Positions 28,325 to 38,369 are shown, numbered from the stretch's first letter. The stretch is 64,000 nt of DNA from Elusimicrobiota bacterium (GCA_041694815.1 JBGFSC010000005.1:22973-86972); one strand, 5' to 3'. The notes: a model not told the origin generated them from the letters alone. Numbers and translations are program-made.

Positions 28325-28719
28325 GCGGCGGATTCGGCGGTTTTGTGGGCGTGCGAGGGCTTCGTTTTCTCCGACATCGCGCAGGCGCCATCGAAGACGG
28401 CGCCCTCTTCCACGAAAAGCTTGGCGCAACGTATATTGCCCGCCACCTTGCCGGTGGACTTGATCTCCAAGGCGGCCGAAGCGACGATGTCGCCCGAGAC
28501 GAGGCCGGCCACGACGACGCTCTCGGCGCATACATTGCCCCGGACCTGGCCGCCCGGGCCGACGATCGCGATCTGAGCCTCGAGGATGTCCCCCTCGACC
28601 TTCCCCTCCACCCGGATCGAGCCACGGACCGTCATCGTGCCGTGGAAATACGCCTCCGGCCCGACCACGGTGACCATGTCGCCGGATTCAAACGCGTTCG
28701 ATTTGCCGAATAATCCCAT
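28321..28719 (-). CDS. Bactofilin (polymer-forming cytoskeletal protein)
   Basis: Beta-helix repeats IRVEGKVEGDI, VVAGLVSGDI, VEEGAVFDG. Confidence 0.9.
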   Translation of the reverse strand: MGLFGKSNAFESGDMVTVVGPEAYFHGTMTVRGSIRVEGKVEGDILEAQIAIVGPGGQVRGNVCAESVVVAGLVSGDIVASAALEIKSTGKVAGNIRCAKLFVEEGAVFDGACAMSEKTKPSHAHKTAESAA

Positions 28720-28728
28720 ACGCTCGGC

Positions 28729-29694
28729 TCAGAGGGCGGGCTCTTCCTGCGCCTGCTTTTTCAAATAAGGGCGGGGATTGACGGGCTTCCCATGGCGGAG
28801 CACCTCGTAGTGTAGATGGTTGCCGGTCGAACGGCCCGTCGTGCCCATGTACCCGATCATCCGCCCGCGCTGCACGAATTCCCCCTCCTTGACCAGCACC
28901 TTGGAGGTGTGGCCGTAGAGGGTGGAATAGCCCCAGCCGTGGTCGATAAGGAGCATTCGGCCGTAGCCGCCCGTCCAGCCGGCCCGGCGCACCGTGCCAT
29001 CGGCCGTGGCAAAGATCGGCGTGTCGGCGTCGTTGGCGATGTCGACCCCCGGATGGAATTCGCCCGAATCAGACTCGTCGGAAACGTGGAGCGGCGAGAA
29101 GCGGTACCCGAAACCCGAACTGATGCGCCCGTCGGCGGGCCAGATATTGGGCGTCGCCCGGAACAGGCTGCGCTCGTTGGTGATATACCACGCGATCTCC
29201 TGGAATCCCGCGACGCGCTGCTGCGATTCCTTGCGTAGGGCCTCCAGGCTTTTGCGGATGGCGGGCTGGCTGAGCTGCGCGGGATTGCTGTCCGACAGCA
29301 GGCGCGTCAAGCTCAGCCGGTCGGCGGCGTTGGGTCCGCCGACCCCTTCTTCCGATTCGATTACCGCGCGGCGGTTGCGCATGCCCAAGAGCACGCGCAT
29401 CTGCTGGTCGGTCAGGCGGGCGTTCTCGACGACGCCCCGTGAGCGCTCCACCTCATTGGCCAGATAGAGCATCTTCGCCCGCATCACCTGGTTGTCGGCC
29501 TTGGTAACCCAATAATCGGCATGCTTCCCTAATATGATGCCGGCCCAGACCGTCACGAGCGTCCAAACGGCAAGGCAAAAGAAGGCGAAATGGAGGGAAA
29601 ACCGGGCCCGCCATACGGGAAGATCGGTATGGGGGATGACAAGCACGGTGACGTGCCGCCCCAACTGCTTAAAGAAGCCGCTCAGGCGTGTCAA
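28729..29694 (-). CDS. M23 family peptidase with TM and coiled coil
   Basis: HPGVD, YGH, STGNHLHYEV; TTGACA-17-TACACT promoter at 29745-29717. Confidence 0.9.
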   Translation of the reverse strand: MTRLSGFFKQLGRHVTVLVIPHTDLPVWRARFSLHFAFFCLAVWTLVTVWAGIILGKHADYWVTKADNQVMRAKMLYLANEVERSRGVVENARLTDQQMRVLLGMRNRRAVIESEEGVGGPNAADRLSLTRLLSDSNPAQLSQPAIRKSLEALRKESQQRVAGFQEIAWYITNERSLFRATPNIWPADGRISSGFGYRFSPLHVSDESDSGEFHPGVDIANDADTPIFATADGTVRRAGWTGGYGRMLLIDHGWGYSTLYGHTSKVLVKEGEFVQRGRMIGYMGTTGRSTGNHLHYEVLRHGKPVNPRPYLKKQAQEEPAL

Positions 29695-29768
29695 TCGCTC
29701 TCCGAGACGTCAAAAAAGTGTAACAGAACGAACTCGGAGTGTCAATCCTTCAGGTGTCAGACGTTGAC

Positions 29769-31208
29769 TTAATATTTCGGGACGGAGGGATCGACGCGCT
29801 CGGACCAGGCGTTGATTCCTCCGGCCACATTGGTCACGCGCTTGAAGCCCTTCTCCAGCAGCAGCTTCGCGGCCTTGGCCGAGCGCCCTCCCATCTTGCA
29901 GTGGACGACGATGTCGCTTTGAGGGTCCAATTCGCCCAAACGCTCTGGCAATTGGCCCAACGGAATGAGGTGGGAGCCCGGAATCCGACCGATCTCGTAC
30001 TCGAAAGGCTCGCGCACGTCCAGGAGGTAGAACTCCTCCTTCCGGTCCATACGGGCCTTGAGCTGCTCGACGGAAATCTCCGGGAGCGGCGATCCGTTCG
30101 AAGCGCCGACGGCGGAACGGACCCCGCAGAAGGCCTCGTAGTCGATTAAGGCACGGATGCTGGGATTATTCCCGCACAACGGGCAGTTCGGGTCCTTGCG
30201 GAGCTTGAGCTGCCGCCACTGCATTTTTAAGGCGTCGAAAAGCATCAGCCGTCCGACCAAAGGATCGCCTAGTCCCAGTATCCACTTGATGACCTCCACC
30301 GCCTGTAGCGAGCCGATCACCCCGGGCAGCACCCCGAATACGCCGCCCTCCGCGCAGGACGGGACGAGCCCGGGCGGCGGCGGCTCGGGATACAGGCAAC
30401 GGTAGCACGGCCCCTCGGGGGCCTTGAACACCGAGACCTGGCCCTCAAAGCGGAAAATCGATCCGTAAACGTTGGGCTTGCCCGAGAGCACGCAGGCGTC
30501 GTTGACGAGATAACGCGTCGGGAAATTGTCGGTGCCGTCGGCGATGACGTCGTATTGCTTGAACAATTCCAGCGCGTTCTGGGACGTGAGCCGGGTCTCG
30601 TAGGTTTCGATGCGGATATCGGGATTGAGGCCCGAAAGGCGCGCCTTGGCCTCCTGGAGCTTGGGTTTGCCGACCGAACCGGTGGAGAAAAGGACCTGCC
30701 GCTGCAGATTGGAAAAGTCGACCACGTCGAAATCCACGACGCCGATGGTCCCCACCCCCGCGGCGGCCAGATACAGCGAAAGGGGGGAGCCCAACCCCCC
30801 CGCCCCCACGGTAAGCACCCTGGCCGCCTTGAGCCTCTTTTGACCCTCCAAGCCGACCTCGGGCATGATGATATGGCGGTTGTAGCGGCGAAGCTCCTCG
30901 GGGCTCAATGCCGCCCCTTCGGCCAGCGCCGTGCTTCCTCCCGCGATGGAGGGCACGATCAACACGCTGTCTCCGGGCTTGACGGCGGTGCCGACGCCCT
31001 GCAGGTGCCGGATATCCTCGTCGTTGACGTAGACGTTGACGAAATGGCGCAGCCGGCCCTCCGGCGAGAAGAGATGCTCCTTGAGCCCGACATAACGCCC
31101 CGTCAATGCGGAAAGGATCTCCCCCACTGTCTTGCCGTCGAGCTCCACCGTCTCGCGCTTTTCGGCGTAGGACCTAAGGGCGGTGGGCAGATAGACTTGA
31201 ACGCTCAT
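29769..31208 (-). CDS. MoaD/CysO-like ubiquitin-fold carrier fused to MoeB/E1 adenylyltransferase and rhodanese (Ubl-MoeZ)
   Basis: Ubl ending IVPSIAGG, then GAGGLG, SNLQRQ, CYRC/CPLC, rhodanese HCKMGGRS; start trimmed to MSVQVY. Confidence 0.9.
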   Translation of the reverse strand: MSVQVYLPTALRSYAEKRETVELDGKTVGEILSALTGRYVGLKEHLFSPEGRLRHFVNVYVNDEDIRHLQGVGTAVKPGDSVLIVPSIAGGSTALAEGAALSPEELRRYNRHIIMPEVGLEGQKRLKAARVLTVGAGGLGSPLSLYLAAAGVGTIGVVDFDVVDFSNLQRQVLFSTGSVGKPKLQEAKARLSGLNPDIRIETYETRLTSQNALELFKQYDVIADGTDNFPTRYLVNDACVLSGKPNVYGSIFRFEGQVSVFKAPEGPCYRCLYPEPPPPGLVPSCAEGGVFGVLPGVIGSLQAVEVIKWILGLGDPLVGRLMLFDALKMQWRQLKLRKDPNCPLCGNNPSIRALIDYEAFCGVRSAVGASNGSPLPEISVEQLKARMDRKEEFYLLDVREPFEYEIGRIPGSHLIPLGQLPERLGELDPQSDIVVHCKMGGRSAKAAKLLLEKGFKRVTNVAGGINAWSERVDPSVPKY

Positions 31209-31224
31209 ATTCTTCTCCTCTTCT

Positions 31225-31674
31225 TCATAGGATCTCCAGCGCTTCGGGCACGAAATCATTGCCGCCTTCGCTCCGAATCCAGCTGCGCGTCGCGCGCAGC
31301 TCGTCTTTGAACACCGATAGGATCATATAGCTGTAGCAAGGCCAGGCCCGAGACAGGTCGAACGGGGAGGGCCATGCCGGAAGGTCCGGATGCGAATGAT
31401 ACCAGCCGACGATGCCGCGCCCGGTCCCGCGGAATTCCTTTTCGATCTTCAGGATCAGGGCGGGATCGATTTGATACCGCGTTCCCCGCCCTCCCGATTC
31501 CCAGGCGTTCGCCAGGGGCCGATGCTCCTGCGCTTCCACGCTGCGGCCCTGGCGGTCAAAGTCGGGAGGGATGGGGCCCAGCAAGACCCCGCAGCATTCC
31601 TCGGGATGCGACGCCAAGGCATGCCGCTCGATCTCCCCCATCATGGCGCGGGACAGGCGAAGGCTCAATTCCAA
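31225..31674 (-). CDS. JAB/JAMM (M67, Mec-like) metalloprotease
   Basis: EECCG ... YHSHP.....PS..D JAMM motif. Confidence 0.9.
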   Translation of the reverse strand: MELSLRLSRAMMGEIERHALASHPEECCGVLLGPIPPDFDRQGRSVEAQEHRPLANAWESGGRGTRYQIDPALILKIEKEFRGTGRGIVGWYHSHPDLPAWPSPFDLSRAWPCYSYMILSVFKDELRATRSWIRSEGGNDFVPEALEIL

Positions 31675-32594
31675 AACCTCTCGCTGAGGTAGCGTTCCCC
31701 GCTGTCAGGAAAGACGGTGACCACCGTGGCCGAGGCGCCCTCGCGCGAAAGCTCGCCGCAAAGGCGGAGAGCGGCAGCCAGGTTCGCGCCGGAGGAAACG
31801 CCCGCCAAAATCCCGCGGCGGGCCAATGCCTGCACGCAGCGGTGCGCGTCCTCCGTAGAGACCGACATCTTGGCGTCCGCCAAGGCCGGGTCGTAGATCG
31901 CCGGGACCAAGGCGCTTGCCATATGCTTTAGGCCCTCGAGCCCGTGGAAGGGGGAATCGGGCTCCACCGAAACCAACCGTATCGACGCCTTGAGCTCGCG
32001 CAGGCGTCGGCCGGTACCGACGAAGGTGCCGCTGGTCCCTAGTCCCGTGATGAAATGCGTCAGCCGTCCCTCGGTCTGCCGCCAAATCTCCACGGCCGTG
32101 CCGTCGTAATGGGCGCGCCAATTGGCCGGATTGGAGTATTGGTCGGGGTAAAAGTACAGCTCGGGAGACGCCTCAAAGAGGCGCCGCGCCTCGCGAATGG
32201 CTCCGTCGGAACCCTCCAAAGGATCGGTCCATACGAGCTCGGCGCCGTAGGCCATGAGGACTTTCTTGCGCTCCTCGTTGATGCTCGAGGGGACGGCGAG
32301 CTTCACCTTGAAACCGCGCCGGGCTCCGATCCAGGCGTAGGCGATGCCCGTATTGCCCGAGGTCGCGTCCAGCAGGGTCTTGCCCGGCGTGAAGGCGCCG
32401 CTGCGCGTCGCCTCTTCGACCATCCTCCAGGCCGCTCGGTCCTTGACCGAACCGCCGGGATTGAGCCACTCGGCTTTCGCGAACAGGCGCACTTCATCGT
32501 TTAACTCGGAAAATCCGCTTATCTCCAATAAAGGCGTGTTGCCGACTTCCCGAGGCGTCGATGCCAGCTCCGGCGGATGTGAAAAAGCGTTCAT
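31665..32594 (-). CDS. cysM: PLP-dependent cysteine synthase (CysM-like)
   Basis: NPGGSVKDR, TSGNTG, QYSNPAN, GTSGT, PDSGERYLS. Confidence 0.88.
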   Translation of the reverse strand: MNAFSHPPELASTPREVGNTPLLEISGFSELNDEVRLFAKAEWLNPGGSVKDRAAWRMVEEATRSGAFTPGKTLLDATSGNTGIAYAWIGARRGFKVKLAVPSSINEERKKVLMAYGAELVWTDPLEGSDGAIREARRLFEASPELYFYPDQYSNPANWRAHYDGTAVEIWRQTEGRLTHFITGLGTSGTFVGTGRRLRELKASIRLVSVEPDSPFHGLEGLKHMASALVPAIYDPALADAKMSVSTEDAHRCVQALARRGILAGVSSGANLAAALRLCGELSREGASATVVTVFPDSGERYLSERFWN

Positions 32595-32677
32595 TTTGGG
32601 TAAAGTTTATCATTCCTGACTAATTCAGTCAAATATGAAGCTCAAAGTTAAAATTGCTAATATATGACGGCAAATTC

Positions 32678-35410
32678 ATGCTATCTCTGAGAGAAACTTT
32701 TCTCGATTACTTCGACCGCAAGGGGCACAATATCATCGCCTCGACGCCGATCGTTCCACAGGGAGATCCGAGCCTGCTGTTCACTTCGGCGGGGATGGTT
32801 CCCTTCAAGGCCTATTTCCTCGGCCTGAAATCGGGGCTCTCCCGCGCGGCCTCCTGCCAGCGCTGCTTCAGGACGACGGATATCGACCGCGTCGGATCGA
32901 CGATCCGCCACCTCACCTTCTTTGAGATGCTCGGCAATTTTTCCTTCGGCGATTATTTTAAGGCCGAGACCATACACTGGGCTTGGGAGTTCCTGACCCG
33001 GGAGATGAAGCTCGACCGCCAAAAGCTCTATCCGACCGTCTACAAGGACGACGACGAGGCGCTCAATCTTTGGAACAAGGAGAAGCCCGCGCACGCCGTC
33101 ATCCGATTGGGCGAGGACAGCAATTTCTGGAACATGGGCCCCACGGGTCCTTGCGGCCCTTGCTCGGAGATATATTACGACCTGGGACCGGAGCTCTCCT
33201 GCGGCAAGCCTGGCTGCGCCCCGGGCTGCGATTGCGACCGTTACCTTGAGATATGGAACCTAGTCTTCACCCAGTTCGACCGCCAAGCCGATAATTCGCT
33301 TAAGGAATTGCCCCAAAAAAACATCGATACCGGCATGGGCTTAGAACGCCTGGCCCTGGCGGTTCAGGGCAAGAAGAGCCCCTTCGAAACGGAACTGTTC
33401 TGGCCGATCATGGAGCAGGCTTCCGAGCTGCTCCAGACGCTGCCGGGCAAGACCCCGGAGACCAAGCTCGCCTTCCGCATCATCGGCGACCACGCGCGCG
33501 CCGCGACGGTGCTCGCCGCCGAGGGCATCATCCCCTCCAACGTGGAGCGCGGCTACGTGCTGCGCCGGCTCATCCGCCGCGCGATGCGTTACGGGCAGCT
33601 GTTGGGGCGCAAGGAGCCCTTCCTCCACCGCCTCGTCGGGGCGGTGCTCGACATTCTCGGCCCCCAGTATCCCGACCTCGCCAAAGCGCGCGCGCAGATC
33701 GAACACACGCTGCAGGCCGAGGAGGAGCGTTTCCTGGAAACGCTGGAGAAGGGAGAGCGCGAATTGCGCGAGATCCTGGAGCACAAGCCTCGGCAGCTTT
33801 CCGGGGAGCTCGCCTTCAAGCTCTACGACACCTTCGGTTTCCCTCTGGAGCTGACCCAGGAGATATGCCTCAGACACGGCGTCGACGTCGACGTCGAGGG
33901 CTTCGCGAGGGCGCAGGCTGCCGCCGCCGATGTCGCCCGCGCGGGCTGGAAGGGATCCGGCGAGAAGGGCTCGGCGGGTTACGAGGCGTATGCCGCGGCC
34001 AACCCGGGGCTGAACTGCGAATTCAAGGGATACTCTTCCCTATCGCTGGAGACCCGCGTCGTGGGCGTGTTCCGTTCCCGCCCTCCCGCCCCCCAAGGGA
34101 AGCCGGACGAATTGCTGCCGGCGGACTCCGGGGAGATCGTCTTGCACAAGACTCCCTTTTATCCCGAGGGCGGAGGCCAGGTCGGGGACCGCGGCGAGAT
34201 CTTCGACGATCTCGGGCAGAAGATCGCGGAAGTGCATGACACCCAAAAGCCGCTGCCGCCCCTCATCGTCCACCGGGTGACGGCCTTGCGGCTCATCAGG
34301 ACCGGGATGAAGGTGCGCGCCCAGGTGTCGGCCGCGCACCGGGAGACAGTGCGCTACCACCACACCGCCACGCATCTGCTCAATGCCGCGCTCAAGAAGG
34401 CGCTCGGAGCCTCGGTCCGCCAGGCGGGCTCGCTGGTGGCTCCGGACCGCCTGCGATTCGATTTCACCTACCCCAAGCCCATGACGGCCGAGCAGATCCG
34501 CGAGGTCGAACGCAGCGTCAACGAGGCCATCGAAGCCGATATGCCCGTCGAGCCGCAGGAACGCGCCGCCGCGGATATCGAGGCCCTCGGTGCCACGACC
34601 CTGCTCGGCGAAAGCTACGGGGAGAAGCCGCGCTTCGTGCTCATCGGACCGCGCGGCTGGGACGACCCCCGCGAGCGCTACAGCCTCGAGCTTTGCGGCG
34701 GCACGCACGTGCGGCGCACCGGGGAGATCCGCCGCGTCAAGATCGTCAAGGAGTCGGCCGTGGCCGCGGGCATACGCCGCATCGAGGCGGTGGCGGGTCC
34801 GGCCTTCGAGGAGCATCAGCGCCTGGCCGAGCAGGCGCAGCGCCAGGCCCTGCGGGAGGCCTTAAGCCGCTACCGTAAGCTGGCCGCCGAGCTCCAGGAG
34901 CTAACCGGCAAGCCTCCACCCGCCGCCGCGCCGTGGCCCGACCCCGGCGCGGGCGCCCTCGAGGAAGTGAAAAAGGCGATCGACACTTTGCGCGAGGCGG
35001 AAAAGTCGCTTAAGGGCGAAATCACGCGGCATAAGCAGGAGGCGCTGACCCGCCAAGCCCAGATGGGACAGGTGCACCTGGAGGTGGGCCAGGTCAAGCT
35101 CTGCGTGCAAAAGTTCCGGCAGGCGGAGATGGCCACCTTGCGCCGCGTCTGCGATCAGATCAAGCGCGATCTCGGCAGCGGCGTGGTGTTTCTAGGCAGC
35201 ACCGAGGAGAACAAGCTTTCCTTCGTCGTCGGGATCACGCAGGACTTGCTCGGCCGCGGCATCGACGCGGCCTCCATCGCCAAAAGCCTCGCCGAAAGGA
35301 TGAACGGGAAGGCCGGGGGGCGCGCGGATTTCGCCCAGGGCGGAGGCCCCGACTTCGATTGGGATGCGCTTGTCGGGGCCGTGGCCGACGCGCTACGCCG
35401 GCACGCTTAG
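32678..35410 (+). CDS. alaS: Alanine-tRNA ligase
   Basis: FTSAGM, HLTFFEMLGNFSFGDY, DTGMGLER, HHTATH/CGGTH editing site, C-terminal DHHA1. Confidence 0.96.
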   Translation: MLSLRETFLDYFDRKGHNIIASTPIVPQGDPSLLFTSAGMVPFKAYFLGLKSGLSRAASCQRCFRTTDIDRVGSTIRHLTFFEMLGNFSFGDYFKAETIHWAWEFLTREMKLDRQKLYPTVYKDDDEALNLWNKEKPAHAVIRLGEDSNFWNMGPTGPCGPCSEIYYDLGPELSCGKPGCAPGCDCDRYLEIWNLVFTQFDRQADNSLKELPQKNIDTGMGLERLALAVQGKKSPFETELFWPIMEQASELLQTLPGKTPETKLAFRIIGDHARAATVLAAEGIIPSNVERGYVLRRLIRRAMRYGQLLGRKEPFLHRLVGAVLDILGPQYPDLAKARAQIEHTLQAEEERFLETLEKGERELREILEHKPRQLSGELAFKLYDTFGFPLELTQEICLRHGVDVDVEGFARAQAAAADVARAGWKGSGEKGSAGYEAYAAANPGLNCEFKGYSSLSLETRVVGVFRSRPPAPQGKPDELLPADSGEIVLHKTPFYPEGGGQVGDRGEIFDDLGQKIAEVHDTQKPLPPLIVHRVTALRLIRTGMKVRAQVSAAHRETVRYHHTATHLLNAALKKALGASVRQAGSLVAPDRLRFDFTYPKPMTAEQIREVERSVNEAIEADMPVEPQERAAADIEALGATTLLGESYGEKPRFVLIGPRGWDDPRERYSLELCGGTHVRRTGEIRRVKIVKESAVAAGIRRIEAVAGPAFEEHQRLAEQAQRQALREALSRYRKLAAELQELTGKPPPAAAPWPDPGAGALEEVKKAIDTLREAEKSLKGEITRHKQEALTRQAQMGQVHLEVGQVKLCVQKFRQAEMATLRRVCDQIKRDLGSGVVFLGSTEENKLSFVVGITQDLLGRGIDAASIAKSLAERMNGKAGGRADFAQGGGPDFDWDALVGAVADALRRHA

Positions 35411-35480
35411 CGGTGCCAGCATCCACTTTCTACACTTTCTCAACTTTCTCCGGCCAGCGTTTTGCTAGAATCCACTCGTC

Positions 35481-35552
35481 GCGCCCGTAGTGAAATGGAT
35501 ATCACGGCAGCCTCCGAAGCTGCAAGTGCAGGTTCGATTCCTGCCGGGCGCA
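35481..35552 (+). tRNA. tRNA-Arg(CCG), CCA not encoded
   Basis: Acceptor GCGCCCG/CGGGCGC, D arm GTGA/TCAC, anticodon arm GCAGC-CTCCGAA-GCTGC, T arm GCAGG-TTCGATT-CCTGC. Confidence 0.93.
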
Positions 35553-36094
35553 TGGAATCCTTGCCCACCCTCCTGGCGCTCTTAATCCTGTTTTCCGGCT
35601 GCGCGTTGGCTCCGAGATGCAGAACGCCCGGCTGTGAGCTCGCCCAACGGATCAGCGGCCGATATGAAAAAACCCTGAGCGCCGCGCCGCACCGCAAACA
35701 TTCTGGGATTTCACCCGTCAAAAGCCTGCAGCTGGCTCCCTACGGGAGGGAGAACGTCTACTTCCACATCAAGCATGTCACCGAGAACGGCAGCTGCGGG
35801 CTCTATGGCATCGCCAAGCATCGGGGTGGGCGCTTCGTTTTTGTCGAAAGGCCGGATCTGCCCGAGGATTCGCCCCCCGGCGCCAGGCGCTGCGTCATGG
35901 CGCTCGTGCCCAGGCCCGACGCTATTTACGTCGAAGATGGGAATACCTGCCGGGGTTATTGCGGCGCGGGGAACAGCTTCGAGGGGATACGCTTCGAGAA
36001 CGCGCTTAAGAAGCCGATCGCGCTGCGCCGGCTCAGGCGCTCCGAACTGTTTAAACAAGCCGTCTTCGAAAACGAAAAGAGGCGCGGTCTCTAG
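35552..36094 (+). CDS. Cys-rich hypothetical lipoprotein
   Basis: MESLPTLLALLILFSGC lipobox; C.GYCG motif; ATG begins on the tRNA discriminator base (alternative TTG at 35561). Confidence 0.7.
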   Translation: MESLPTLLALLILFSGCALAPRCRTPGCELAQRISGRYEKTLSAAPHRKHSGISPVKSLQLAPYGRENVYFHIKHVTENGSCGLYGIAKHRGGRFVFVERPDLPEDSPPGARRCVMALVPRPDAIYVEDGNTCRGYCGAGNSFEGIRFENALKKPIALRRLRRSELFKQAVFENEKRRGL

Positions 36095-36096
36095 GC

Positions 36097-37035
36097 TTAC
36101 GGAATGGAGTCAAACCCGCCCTTGTAATCCTTCTCCGGCAGCTTGAACCAAAACAGGGCCTCGGCGTTCACCGAGGACTGTGTTCCCCGAACCGCCGTGA
36201 CCATAGCTTGGCCACCGTCCATATAAAGGATGCCTTGCCCCCCCGGCCCCCATATATCGACTATAAAATTCCGCGACGATTCATCGAAGTTTCTTATCGC
36301 AAAAACATGGCCCTGGCGAGTCAGCTGGGTGAGGCCTCTCTCTTGAAGAGACGCGCAAATATCGAGATACTTTTCGGCTGGAGAGAGCTCCTCCGAGGTG
36401 CTTCCCTGCCGGATCTCGACCCGATCCGCTTTCGCGTTCGGGAGAACCATCAAGACTTTCTTGTCGACGCTTGCATCCCCCTGCCGATCGTGGAAGGCCG
36501 CCCAAAAGACCAGTTCAGCCTTGAAGGCTTTGAACGGATCGCTTGAAGGCTCCAACGGCGAATAGCGGACGCCCGGCTTGCCGCTTGCCTTATGGAACAC
36601 ATGCCCGCTGGGCAGGATCATGTACATCGATCCGTCGGCGGCCACCATCTCGGCCTTCTCGAATTTCGTCTGCGGCTCGATATGCCGGCGCAATTGCCGC
36701 CCCTCCGAACGAAGGGCGTTTTGGCCCGCGGCGCGCATGCTGCCCAGCAAGCCGCGAAGCTTGTCCATCCCGGCGTCCGCCATCTTAGAGGAAGAGGCCA
36801 TCAATTCCTCGGCCTTCGGCGGCTCGGGAGGCGGCGGGCTTTGCATATCGTAGCGCTCCATGCCGATGCCGGCCATGATCGCCTTCCAATCCCTCTCACT
36901 CAACGGGCCGGTAGGCAGATCTTTGCGCTGCCATTTCCGTCCGTCCTCGAGCCTTTCGTTGCCGTGCACGCTTGGGGGCACCCATGCCACGGCCAACACT
37001 CCGAATAAGATCGGCAGAATCCCGTCCATTTTCAT
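36097..37035 (-). CDS. Hypothetical exported protein
   Basis: GGAGG RBS, signal peptide, 312-aa ORF, no recognised motif. Confidence 0.65.
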   Translation of the reverse strand: MKMDGILPILFGVLAVAWVPPSVHGNERLEDGRKWQRKDLPTGPLSERDWKAIMAGIGMERYDMQSPPPPEPPKAEELMASSSKMADAGMDKLRGLLGSMRAAGQNALRSEGRQLRRHIEPQTKFEKAEMVAADGSMYMILPSGHVFHKASGKPGVRYSPLEPSSDPFKAFKAELVFWAAFHDRQGDASVDKKVLMVLPNAKADRVEIRQGSTSEELSPAEKYLDICASLQERGLTQLTRQGHVFAIRNFDESSRNFIVDIWGPGGQGILYMDGGQAMVTAVRGTQSSVNAEALFWFKLPEKDYKGGFDSIP

Positions 37036-37055
37036 CGCAACCTCCTTGAATCTTT

Positions 37056-38369
37056 TCATGCGTTCTTACGCGTTCGATTCTCAACGAACGAAACGACTTC
37101 CTGGTAACCGAGCGCAAAGGCGTTATGCAAGGCATGTACGGCCGACGCAAACAGTAGGCCGTGCGTCAAAGTTAAATAACCGAAGAGCAACCCGCTGAGA
37201 ACACGGGGCACCATGGCACCGTAGCCGTGAACTCTGGCGAATATGACGGAACTGCCCACGGAGGCCGTCAGTATGGCCGGAAGTATTGGCATCGACAAGG
37301 CTGATAAGAGAGCCGCTCCACCGAGCGTCAAGCCGGCCCTAAAGATGACTTCCTCAATAAATGCCATCGGCGGAAGCATCGCAAACAATAACGGCTTCGG
37401 TATCCCTTGGAACGGATTTTTCGGCTTCATGTACTCCCCGGCCAAAATACCGAGCATGCTTGTCCCAAGGGCGATGAAGGCCCACGGCAACACCTGAGAA
37501 AAGCCGTCTGACCCGGTGTGGAGCAGAGCCGTGCTAAGCTCCGTGGGCAAAGGCCTAAAGGCAACCTGCGTCAAAGAATGCAGCGCAGCTCCAGCGAAAG
37601 CGGCGATGCCCCCATAACTGAAGAAATGGGTCAGCAACGATCTTTTACGAACATCGACCGCGTCGAGCTGCTTGCGCGCCTTGTCAAAAAATTCCGTCCC
37701 ATCATTGTATTTGGCTTCTGATAAGCCATCTAATACCGCCACCACATTTTTCAATGCTTTCTTAAGTTCTCTGGAATCGCGAACATTGACCTGTCCTTTT
37801 ATGCGTTTGATCGTGGAACCGACCAGCGCGGAAAAAGATTCGACTCCATCCGGAATCTTGCCACCGTTCATTTCCTTGAGCGTGTCGATATTACTTGCCA
37901 ATAGCTCCTTGATTCGGGAGTCGAAGTCCGGCTCATTTAATCCCAGCTTGCGTGGTCTTTCCGTGTTTTCCGCCAACGCAAGCAGATCGTTGGACAATTT
38001 GCCTGCGGCATAGCGCAGAGAAGCCGCCGGCGTGGGGCCCTTCCTCTTGTTGCCGGAGCCGGCTTTGCCCTGCTGAAGCGCGAATTTCTGGCCCTCCATT
38101 ACGCCGGATAGGCCGGAATCGTTACCGAGCACCGCCGCCACTTCCTCGGAGACCATACCCTCGGACAGTCTGGAAGCCGTCTGACGAGCGACCGCCGTCA
38201 TCCGCGTCCCATGGGTGGGAATTGCCTGGCCAGCAACCCGAGAGGGCGCGCCGGAATTTGAATTATTGGAAGATTCCGGGCCGGTTCGTCGGACTCCATC
38301 ACGCGGCTTGGCGATCACCGTATCGCCGACAATGACCAGAAAAGCTGCGAGCAACAAGCATTTTTTCAT
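37056..38369 (-). CDS. Exported-domain protein with C-terminal CPBP (Abi/CAAX protease-like) domain
   Basis: Signal peptide; EEVIFR, FARVH, HALHN motifs in C-terminal TM region. Confidence 0.78.
   Translation of the reverse strand: MKKCLLLAAFLVIVGDTVIAKPRDGVRRTGPESSNNSNSGAPSRVAGQAIPTHGTRMTAVARQTASRLSEGMVSEEVAAVLGNDSGLSGVMEGQKFALQQGKAGSGNKRKGPTPAASLRYAAGKLSNDLLALAENTERPRKLGLNEPDFDSRIKELLASNIDTLKEMNGGKIPDGVESFSALVGSTIKRIKGQVNVRDSRELKKALKNVVAVLDGLSEAKYNDGTEFFDKARKQLDAVDVRKRSLLTHFFSYGGIAAFAGAALHSLTQVAFRPLPTELSTALLHTGSDGFSQVLPWAFIALGTSMLGILAGEYMKPKNPFQGIPKPLLFAMLPPMAFIEEVIFRAGLTLGGAALLSALSMPILPAILTASVGSSVIFARVHGYGAMVPRVLSGLLFGYLTLTHGLLFASAVHALHNAFALGYQEVVSFVENRTRKNA

Noticed and set aside
32664..32690. 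Possible frameshifted alaS start (MTANS...)
   Set aside because: In-frame ATG at 32678 already yields a normal-length N-terminus; no slippery site evident
35530..35552. attR duplicate of the tRNA 3' end / prophage
   Set aside because: No second copy, integrase or phage gene seen in the window by eye
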